64,000 nt of DNA, taken from the NCBI GenBank assembly GCA_015680685.1, contig MNCI01001630.1, forward strand, positions 124,478-188,477, written 5' to 3'. Source of the DNA: Gnetum montanum (taxonomy: Eukaryota > Plantae > Gnetophyta). The position numbers were made by a program, and so were the translations under genes. Shown here in pieces: positions 24,790-35,304 of this stretch. Each line of letters starts with the position of its first letter. Within the stretch, counting starts at the first letter, position 1. A model generated the notes under the pieces. The model did not search any database, was not told the origin of the DNA, and saw only the letters and a program-made list of their open reading frames with translations.

Positions 24790-27203
24790 TATAGTGGTCA
24801 AAAATGTTGATGGCTAGAACACCGAGAGGTTACGAGGTGTACAGCCTAACCCTGGATCCATGCGAGGGCTATGTTGGAGAAAACGGAAATGAGGTGCCCT
24901 AAACAGTCTGGTTGATCAGACAGGGACTTACATAGTGTACAATAACCTTTCGTAAACAATGGTTTTAAAATGTTATATGGATATTTAGGCGAAGAAAGCC
25001 GTAACACACAGAATAGTAAAAGTGTAGCAAAATATGTAACTAAGCAATAAATATAAGCTAATACACAATGATGTAAGATATGCTGAAATGAGATGAAATG
25101 AGCTCAAGTGAGAGAATGCACCACCCCAAAATTAGGGGATTTGATCTTTTTTTGGCTGAAGAAGATGTACAACTGGTGTGCAGTACTGGGCAGGCACAGC
25201 TTAGAATGGAACAGTATGGTCACAACTCCTTGACTACTGCCAATGGCCTGCTAATAGGGACTAATGAACTGATGCTTGCTAGGCTATTACGCTGGGTTGA
25301 GAAGAGATCCAAGAGGTTTTGCTATAGGGATTTTCTATTCATCAACCTTTTTCTTGCCAACCTCTTTGCCAAAGCCAATTGTTAGAAAGCCAAATGCCAA
25401 AATGCAAATCTCCAATTGCAAGAGAGCTAAGTTAAAAAGCCAACCCCTTGAACATTGTTCACTAGGGTATTTATAGAGCTAGGAGTAGGAGAGAGATGTG
25501 GTTTGGATGCCATGTGTCCTAGGTCCCACATGGCCGAAATTGTGAATGTGCCATACTAGTGTGTAGTGCTATGCTGCAATGTTACATTGATGTGCTACAC
25601 TATAGTGTAACGCTGATGTGCTATGCTACAATGTAACAAGGCTGGATGTGAAACCTGCTAAGCTGTGACCATACTATTTAGACTGAATTTGCCAAAATCT
25701 AGGGAACTGCCATGTTTTTATAGAGAATTCCAATAACAAATGCAAAGTGGATACTACACTCTAGGACTACGTCTTCCCTGCTCTTGTGAGTAGGGTCAAG
25801 CATAGGGACAACTTTGGGAATAAACAAGGGGGATGAAAAATGAAGCAAACTACTAATCTTATCTATCGAGGAGATGTCAGAGTAGAAATGATCATTTTCA
25901 ACAAGTTCTGGAGCTACTGGAGATGTCTTGTGGCTTCCACGCGAGTGTTACACTACCTACACTACCCAGCGTATCGGCGTAGCATAAACACTTACACACT
26001 ACATTGTGCTACGCTATGTAGCATAGCCACCAGTCTTAAGATAAATATTTTCTAAAAATTGAAGATACCCCTCTGAGGTCTAGCTAGGCAAGCAACTTTA
26101 GCAATTGGAAACCCTACTTTTCATGGTGAAAGGCCATAGGACCTACGGATTTCATCCTTGGGATACTTTTGGGCTTTCTGTCCTTGCTACGCTGTGCAGT
26201 GTAGCATAGTGTAGCAACCAATGTGACATGAATCCTTGCTTGATCTGTAATGTTTTGTTAAAAAACTTTGGTTGGAATCCAAGGGTGAAGTGGGAAAGGT
26301 AGTCTTGGAGGTTGGATCATGGCCAAGTGCAATCCTTTAGCTAGGGCAACTTGATGGGGGACCTTCGTGCATTCTGACCCTGCTACACTGTGCTACGCTA
26401 TATAGCATAGCATAGCACCCATTTTAAGTTGAATTCTAACTCACCTTACAATCATTCTGTTGTATGATGTTGATCATGTCCTAGAGTGGCAGTGGAATAA
26501 GCATTTTTGATGGTCTAGGAATGGCCAATTATGTTTACTTTGTCAAAACAGTCTAAGCGGAAGCATTGTTATAGCAGAACCCTACTACGTTGTGTAGCAT
26601 AGCACAGTATAGCACTCAAATGGAGATGACTTTTTGATGAATTTTTCCCACATTCTCCTACATTATGTTGATCATGCTTCAAGGATGGAGCAGGGCAGGT
26701 ATCCTGGAGGGATAAATCATTTTCAATTTGCATCTTTGATGCCTGATCAACCTCCCCATGGCCTACTATGTTGTACAATGTAGCATAGCGTAGTAGGTCT
26801 TGTAGTTAAAAAATTTAGAAAACTTGCTAAACTATTTAGTCCATTCTGAATACTTTTTGCAACTCCTAGCATGGTCCTTGGGTAGACCATCAACTGGGTC
26901 ATATGTAAGGTTGGGCACTCTAGTGAGTGTAGCAAGCTTGTTAGCCCAAGAGATAAAAAAATTTTTGGACTGTACGGTCTGCCCCTAGTACCTTTTTCAT
27001 ACAAACTGGCCTCATGGCTAGATGCTGTGTTGACTATGTTATAGAGGGTGGTAGGAAAGCTCAGAAGGAGTTTTGTGGACTTTAGGACTTTTGAGGTGCC
27101 AAGTTGTCTGTGTGGTCCATCGTGATGCCATGCTTATAGAGATCCTTGCCCAAATTTTGAGACTGTGTTTAATCATGAGAGCCCCAAAATTGATGCTATT
27201 TCA
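24790..27203 (-). repeat. 3' LTR of C
   Basis: Direct repeat of 39635-42086; TATA at 25468-25475 on the minus strand. Confidence 0.92.
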
Positions 27204-28669
27204 ATGGCCCCTCTTTGTTGATGTCTAGAGGATCTACCCGAGAGATGTCAACAAAGAATACAAAACACCATGAAGAACAAGACGCTAACATCACTCTTCA
27301 GTGCCCACTTGGATGATGCTTTGCTATGCTTGAAGGTACTTAGATGGAAATGTAAGATAAAGGGGCAAGGGATGGATTTGGGGAAACATGGTTAGGGAAG
27401 AAATAAATGTATAATGTGATGTCATAAAACTATTGCCATAGTGTGATCCCTTGTCAGAATGCTTACAAGGAAGTCAACATGCATGGGTGTCTTTCCTTTT
27501 AGATCTCAACCTCTTGCTGGAATGCTTAGAGATGGTCAATCTATAGTTGAAATGATTGCAAAGCAGCTGTCATGCCATTTTTTTAGGCACTTATTTTTTT
27601 AGCTTTTTTTTTTGTTTTTTCTTTTTCGTGCTTTTTGTGCTTTTTGTTGCACACCCATGTTCAATTGGAGGTAATCTTATCATCATTGTAGGGCAAGTGT
27701 TTCCTCCCTGGGATGAGTTGTGTTACATCCATGTGGGGCTTTGACTTGCCTATAGAGGCTTCCCATGGGACGAGTTGCATTACATCCATCATAGACTTGG
27801 TGGTTGGGCATGTGAAACGGCTTTATGTGCATCAGGAAGGTTTGCAAAGAAGATACAAAAAATTGTGAGCATAGGGAATGGAGACTAAGTTGGCCGAAGG
27901 GAGAGTAGGATATGCACTCTTAAGTAGCTAGGCTAATCGAAGCAGCCACTTTGGAATAATGTAGTGTCTTTCTCTCATGGTGAAATGCATCCCTGAACAA
28001 CACTATCTTGGCTTTTATCCTACAAACACAACAGAGAGAAAACTAGAAAAAAACCATCGAGTGAAGTAAGGGAAAAGTCTTTTTTGCTCGGGACACTGCC
28101 AGGGTGGCAAGTGTTGTGTCTGACGTGTGTGATGTCCAAAGTTGGAAGGCCAGTGTAGGTTTCAGTAGTGGAAAGCTGGCAAGTTTCAGCAGCCCCACCA
28201 AGAATGAGCACTAAAGAGGCTAGCAGGGATGATGATACAGGTGCTTAGGAATCCCCGCTAAAGGCAAGCATCATGAAATCCAGTTGCCAGGTGAGAAGCC
28301 CAACAACTAAATGCTTTTTTAAATTCTAGCAATGGCAAGGGCTGGAGGATGGCAGCATTGTGGCTGGGCCACAATAGTGTTAGGACTCCAATAGCAGGTG
28401 CTGACGGTGAGATCTATGACCAAGATGATTGGCTATTGTAGCAGTAGCTCCAGAAGGTCAACAGGATGTCAAATGACATCTCCAGAAGATCAGCAAGATG
28501 CTAGGGACAACGACACTACATGTGTCCCAGAGGATTTTTTTCTTGGTGACATGAACTTCATTCTAGAACTGCAACATCCCACCCCATCCACCTAGAAGGC
28601 TTGAAGATGTGCATGCTCACTTATTCACAAGTTCACATGTGTGAGCCGAGGGGTGTTACATTGCGAACC

Positions 28670-28950
28670 TAGTTTAAGGTCTTGGTAGACCATCGGATGT
28701 GCTAGTTTAAGGTCCCAGTAGACCAATGTGCTAGTTTAAGGTCCTAGCAGACTGCTATGGGTGCCATCTTTATGTCATAGCCCAAAGACATGTTGTGCTA
28801 GTTTAATGTCATAGTGGATGTTCTATGTCAATTTTACATCGTAGCGGGCGAGCTATGCTAGTTTATAGTCATAGCAGACTATTTGTACTAGTTTTACATT
28901 GTAGCAGATCATCTGTGCTAGTTTTACATCGTAGCGGATGAGCTGCTTAC
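28670..28950 (-). repeat. post-integrase tandem array of C (~29-31 bp, GCTAGTTTAAGGTC core on +)
   Basis: About 9 copies; the counterpart in B is 44668-45010. Confidence 0.85.
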
Positions 28951-28979
28951 CTTTTTTCATGTCTGGTGTAATACTTTGT

Positions 28980-29280
28980 ATTAAACATAGTATGGCTTCA
29001 AGTACAAGTGGTTGAAGGGATTCAAAAATTCGTTCCCATCCACATCATCCAGCTTGAATGTCCCATTTTCATAGGCTTTTGTGACTATGAAAGGGCCTTC
29101 CTAGTTGGCTAAGAATTTTCATATGGGATCATGAATGACCTTAAGGACTAGATCCCCATTTTTGATCAATCGTTGGTATAAGTTGCAGTGATGTTTCTAC
29201 CATTGTTTTTCTTGGTACCATTCGATGTGCCTAAGTGTTTGGGTGTGCTCCTCCTCTATGGAATCAAGATCAATAAAAAA
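28980..29280 (-). pseudogene. integrase C-terminal remnant of C
   Basis: IDLDSIEEEH..IKNGDLVLKV..KFLAN.EGPFIVTKAYENGTFKL, matching B 44330-44620. Confidence 0.85.
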
Positions 29281-29818
29281 AGAGCCCTATCAGAATTAAG
29301 GGCAAACAAAGATCATAATAGGAGGCCATTTTCCAAGTAACCTACGATAACAAGCAAACAAAAAAAGTCAAGTGATGCCTATTTAAGACAGCAACATGTA
29401 ATGAATATATGCAAAGAAATAATGCAATGTGAAAGATTTGCTAGTTTAAGGTCTTGGTAGACTGTAACCATACAAAATCGTAAGTCAAGGTTGCCAATTT
29501 AAGCCTGTAGCAGACCATTACTAGGTTTAAGATGTAAAGGGAATGCTAAAAATGCTAGTTTAAGGTCGTAGTGGACCATTACTATGCAAAGTCATGAGTT
29601 AAGGTTACTAGTTTAAGATCATAGTGGACTGGTACTAAGCCATGTTGTGGAAAATAAAGTGACAATTTTAGTGCATTTGGGTGCTACACTATAGTAGACC
29701 CCTGCTATGCTGCAAGGAACAAGGGTGTTCCACGTTATGTGTGGAACACGAGATTCCCCGTGTTACGCGTAGGACATGGAACACTCCATAAAGTAACAAG
29801 TTTTTTAACCACGTAGGC

Positions 29819-29826
29819 TATAAATA
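29819..29826 (+). promoter_or_regulatory. TATA box of the antisense gene (C)
   Basis: GGCTATAAATAGGGG, conserved with B. Confidence 0.7.
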
Positions 29827-29950
29827 GGGGATTACCCCATGGTAATCTTGTCACTTTCACTATCAAAGCAAATACCAGCGCAGTTGAGCTAAGAGATAGC
29901 ATAGCAATCATAGTGTAGTAGTCGATACACTTGATTTTTTTAATAAAATG

Positions 29951-32900
29951 ATGGCACATAGGAGTGAATGCTGGCATTAGGGTCTTACCAACCTGGAGGA
30001 AGGGGTGTGCATCTTGAAACATCTCCCCAAGGCATGCATTGAGGAATGATAGGAGCCCCCATCTTCTCAGTAAGTTGCAATGCTACTCTTATTTTCATTA
30101 TGTAATTTACTAAGTGGGACTGTTACTGCAATCAATGTTTCTTGGTTGCCATGGTCATTACTATTCCTACACTACAACTATTATTATTGCCTTGGCTACT
30201 GCCTTGGCTACCACGCTATGGCTGTTACTAGTTTGGCCACGACAATTGAGGCAATTGCTATGCTACGGTTGGCACACGATGCTACCCTGACCACAATTGT
30301 TGGGAAAGGACGATGCACCACCCCAAGGGTTTAAAGGGTTCTAAGCAGTGTAGTGCATGTTCAGTGCAGCTTAGTGTCCATGGAGGGGATTTTGGCTTGC
30401 AAGGTTTCTTAGGTAGCATAGCACGTGTTCAGCATAGCGTAGCACATTGTATGTTATATTTCATGTAGTAGGATAGGGCCAGGGTAATGGAAATGTTGTA
30501 TGTATTTCTCTCAAGCCACATTAACTTTAACATTGTGACTGTCAAACTGTTGTGTTTTTTGTGGTCGCTATGCTACACCATTACACTACTACACTGCTAC
30601 GCTGGCAGAGCTATTACACTATTATGTTGGTAGACCTGCTACATTGCTACGCTAGTTATAGTGTTGTACTTGCAACGTTGTTATGCTTTTTATATTGTTA
30701 TGCCTGTCATACTTGTTGTGTCGCTATGCTACACAGGGTGTACTCGTCATGCCATGCTATGTGTACCGTAGTGCTACTCTTGTGCAAAGTGTAGCTGCTA
30801 TGCTACGCTATGTAAGGTGTGCCTACTATGCTACGTTATGCAGGGTGGGCTTGCTATGCTATGCTATGCAAGGTGTAGGGTGCTACGCTTTGCAGGGTGT
30901 ACCTGCTATGCTATGCTATATGTAACACCCTACTACACTGCATATAATGTTTGGGTTTGTTTCATTATGTGAGGGACATACTGTTCGTACTTGAAAAAAA
31001 ATTGTATACTAGAGGCTATGCTACACTATTCGGTAACTATCACTTGAATATTATACTAATTTTTTACGCTATGTCATGCGAGGTCATGTTGAAACCCATC
31101 ATGATCATGCTCGAGCTAGTGGGAGTCTTATGCTGCTTGAGCACACCCGTGGCCAACATCCCCCCTCCCCATGCATGGGTAGGGGATTAGGCGATTTGGT
31201 TCTGGGAAGGTGCATGAGAGTTCCTCCTTCACCACTTCAGTGTGATAGTGTAGTCACACTTATCAGCCAAAATAACCATTGTTCTTGTTGAAACATTGTT
31301 GCCTGGGGCAAATCTAGGCTTTTTGAGATTTATGGCTGATGGGTCGATTGAAGGTGAAGGGATAGAAGGCTCGAATCAGTGCCCAAGATGCTTAAGATGG
31401 TTGTGTTAGATTTGGGCCATGCCTGAATTTAAATGTTATCATTAATACAACACATTGTTCATTGCCCGTCACATGGGCACCTTCTTCTAGAACCCACCTT
31501 GGACCATCTATTATGTCGATGGGTGAGTCCTATGAATATTCTTTAGACATGTTGTATCATTTTTCTTGCATAGTCAAAATTCTTATTGTACTCTACATGT
31601 TACCAAGTTTGTAATTGACAAAGATGGTCTTCACGATCACAAGGGGACATTGGTGTTGGCCCAAACAGCTTCACAAGAGTTCTCTTCTACCAGGAACATG
31701 CGCACCAATGTCATAGAACATCTTGGAACCAATTTCAAAACCTATCCAACCAATTATGCCAAATTCTATGTAAAATGTGAAGAACTTGGATGGTTGGATG
31801 GAGAATGGGCATCCCACCGAGCAGTTACTATAGAAGACATCCTAGTGGAAATCCCACCATTTCCTACGCCATTCAGGCCCAATGTGTTAAATTATCTATT
31901 TGTTTTTTGTGTGTTCAAGTGATTGATTTTGTTTTTTCTTTTTTTGTTAATTCTATTGTTGATTGTTGTAGTAGTAAGCGAATCCCAAGAGGTTATAGTA
32001 ATCACCTTTGGATGTGATGAAGCTAACCTTTTCATCAAGTATGGAGAGGTGGACAAGACACAATGTTGGCTATGAAATGGGGCCCCAGCCACCCTTGTTT
32101 ACAATGTTCAAGAGGCTAGGCTCATAGATTTATTTTTAGCTATAAATCCAAGTGTCCCAGTTGTAGAACTACTTTCCCTAGTTGATTCTTTTTTCAAAAA
32201 TACTGACTGCTTCTGCACATGAACTCACAATGTGCGGGTGGTGCTTCAAATTATTGACAACCTTTCTGTAGATCTTTTCAGTGTTTCCTCTAATGGTCTA
32301 CCTATAGGAGATAAGACCAACAAGGATGTAAACCATCAGGAAGATATAGAAGAATGGCTAGGGACAAGCAAAGATCGAAAGGGGATTTACATGCATAAGG
32401 TAAGGCTAGGGGTGGCCCAAAAGGTTTACCCTATCTTCCGGGCTCATGCCTTCCCCAAGCTACTCTTCCAAGAAAAAATTCTTGGGGTAGAGCAGGCTTG
32501 GATCATGAGGGATGTCATGGAAGAAGGGACCTACTATAATTGGGCCAAGTACCTTTCCGAAGGCTTGTAGGCCAAAATGGTTAAGCTTCGTGAGAAGCTT
32601 GATGCCTGTTTCAATGTACATTTTTCCTTCTTCATAGCCTGCCTATGATAATTTGTGAAATTCTTGGTGGTCCACGAGAATGACATCTGGGTGTAGCAGG
32701 ATCGCACCTAGATATCCAAACCATGGATCTACCAACTATTCCACACTACTCAATCCCAAGACCCCCCAGAAGCTATTGGGGATTCTCTTTCGATAATGAC
32801 GAAGGATCGAGTGGGTCGTCCCTTTCATGCACTAGACAATGTTGAAGAGGCGCCTCCCACTAACATGGTAAATATGCTAAGGGGACCACATCTCGTTGCA

Positions 32901-34678
32901 GAAATGGTGAAATCTAGGTTGTAGCGTAAGAAATCTCATCCTGTGGAAGAGCCTCCACGCACTAGTGAAGAAAGAGGCAGAAATTTGTGAATCAAGGTTC
33001 ACAAAGTGCAGCCCATAGTTGGTAAGTATGTTTAGTTATCTTGTTAGTTACCCCTTTCCTTTTGTGTTAGACTAGCCTACTTATCTTATACGTATTTGAT
33101 AGACGAAGAAGAAGAAGAAGTTTTGGCTCCTAAGGTAGGGGCCCCTATTGTAGAAGAAGAAGAGGCCTCAGTTGCAAAGGAGACCCCTGCCATAGAGGAA
33201 GAGGCCCCTACTATTGATGATCCTTTTGCAAACTGTGTCCTAGCACCTAAGGGGCATATGATGGTTGAAGACGCTACCACATTGTTGAGTTAGCTAGAAG
33301 GGGAAAGGCTACATTTTAATGCTGGTGAGTTTGACCATTTTCTTGATAGTGTGTCAATGGGTGATCTCCCCACTCTCACCCCTGAGGGTTTGTTGGGTAG
33401 GAGCTTTGCACTGTCATTTATGCTATTTATCAATTTTTGGCTTTCCTCTTCTTCATTATGCTAACATGCCTTGTTGTGCAGTGAACACTACTATTAAGGC
33501 CCCTAATTCTTTTTCTTCAATCCGCCTCCATCCATGGACCAAGACTCTAGAAAAATTTTCCTTTATGGAGGGGGTGGTTGACAACATGATAGACTGCCTA
33601 AGGTAGATTAATCTTGAGATAGGTGTGTTCAAATTACAACGTTGGGCTCTCTAAGTTATTGCATCATTTCCATCATCTCATAACTAATGCTTTCTCAATT
33701 GTGATTGATAGCTTTTCATCTTAAATGGGATCCTAGATAGGCAGTCGAGGTTGACATAGTGCCTATACTCCCAGCAAAGGTGACTGAGCTACCTTGTGAT
33801 GTATACAAGAAAATGAGCAAATGTGCACTCTACTTAGCATGATCATTATGGGAGTGTAGGCGCATCAACGAGGACCTCTGGAAATGAGTCCAAAAGTTGG
33901 AAAAGAAGAAAGCTAGTCAAGTAGTTGAGCTAGAGGATCTACGATCATGAAATGAATTTTTGATGGCTCATGACACCTTCGATGGTAGCTAGCGTATGGC
34001 TGTAATTGACTATGCAAGATATTGGTCAACCATACTGGGTAAGAATGAGGCCACTCATGAGATTATTGAGCAACACTTGTAGATGGATTTATTGGCCTAT
34101 AAAAACCAAGATTGGAAGGACTACCATGCCAAAGTATGAATGGGGGCAAGCACAGAAGAACCATAAGCACATGTACAAAATGGAATGTGCTGCCTACCAT
34201 CAGAAATATCAAGATGCTTTTGTTGAGTTGCATACCCATAAGTTATTCCTTGATGTAATTGGTGCTACTAAGGCCTATGAAAAATTTATGCAACATGTAG
34301 TTGTTAGTGATTCTCATAAAAGAGAAATGACATTACCTTCTAGGGGGACCACTATCGCCACCTTTTCTCTAGGGTCACCTAGATGGATGGTTGTGGAGAA
34401 GGGGAAAGTTGTGGCAAGCATTGATCTGGGGGAGGAAGATTGGGCCAACCTAACCAAGGAGGAGATTCTATGATGTCTAGTGACTGGCATGGATAAGATA
34501 CCCCCCGAGATGGACGCGGGCACATCTCAAGTTAGCCATTTGTTATTGTATCACATTCTATTTCATGAAAGCCTTATTGTAATTCTATTCATTATTTTTC
34601 TTTTTCTTTATGTAGGATCCAAATGGAGGTGTGGGACCTAGTGGAGTTAGGGATGAAGATGCTAGCGAAGACCTGTAG
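29951..34678 (+). pseudogene. antisense multi-exon accessory gene of C (8 exons, ~1,050-1,100 codons)
   Basis: Introns at 30070-~31081, 31523-31606, 31882-31971, 33022-33075, 33397-33481, 33641-33711 and 34531-34615; splicing them joins the conserved exon peptides in frame. Some splice sites have decayed in one copy but are intact in the other. Confidence 0.8.
30560..30940. repeat. degenerate GCTATGCTAC-rich tandem array in intron 1 of the antisense gene of C
   Basis: Repeated TGCTATGCTA(C/T)GC..GCAGGGTGT units. Confidence 0.8.
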
Positions 34679-34841
34679 CATGGCAGCAAAAGATTTTATT
34701 TTTGTTTTTGCATTTTATTTTTTTGTAATCATTATTGTATGGAATACAAATTTAATGAAGAGTAAAAACTAAAACAATTATTTCATTTCCTTTGGTTAAT
34801 ATTTTATTAATATGCTTGGGCCCCTTGTAGGCCCCTTGCTC

Positions 34842-35170
34842 TAGTTTAAGGCCATTTTAGGCCATTGCGATAATTTAAGGCCATTTTGGGCCATTGTGAT
34901 AGTTTAAGGCCATTTTGGGCCATTACGATAATTTAAGTCCATTTCAGGCCATGCAATAGTTTAAGGCCATTTCGGGCCATGGCAATAGTTTAAGGCCATT
35001 TTAGGCCATGCAATAGTTTAAGGCCATTGCAGGCCATCATAATGCAACTTGCTAGGTTGATTGCTAGTTTTAGGCCTTAGTGGGTTGTGGTGATAGTTTA
35101 AGGCCATTCTGGGCTGTGCAATAGTTTAAGGTCATTTCTGGTCATGCAATAGTTTAAGGTAGTTTTAGGT
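34842..35170. repeat. tandem array, ~28-29 bp unit TAGTTTAAGGCCATTTTGGGCCAT(T)GCAA
   Basis: About 10-11 head-to-tail copies. Confidence 0.9.
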
Positions 35171-35304
35171 CGTGTGTAAGGTACTGATGACAAGGGCAAT
35201 GCAAATAGCAAACTTAATGTAAAGTGTAAATTATGCCATGGGAAATATAACAATTTATTGAAGTGATGTGGAGACAAGTCTTAATCATGCAATTGTTTCC
35301 TAAC

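Larger units (their letters stand above)
29342..35304 (-). other. putative long PR-RT intron of C
   Basis: Donor TGG|GTTAGG and acceptor TTGTTATCGTAG|GTT. The join is in frame: ..PNPCW|VTWKMAS..LPLIL, the frame that runs into RT in B. Confidence 0.62.

Noticed and set aside
30552-30925. Cys/Tyr/Ala-rich short ORFs (also 22474-22899) and Phe-rich ORFs (27556-27744, 53248-53583)
   Set aside because: Translation artefacts of tandem arrays and poly-T/A tracts.
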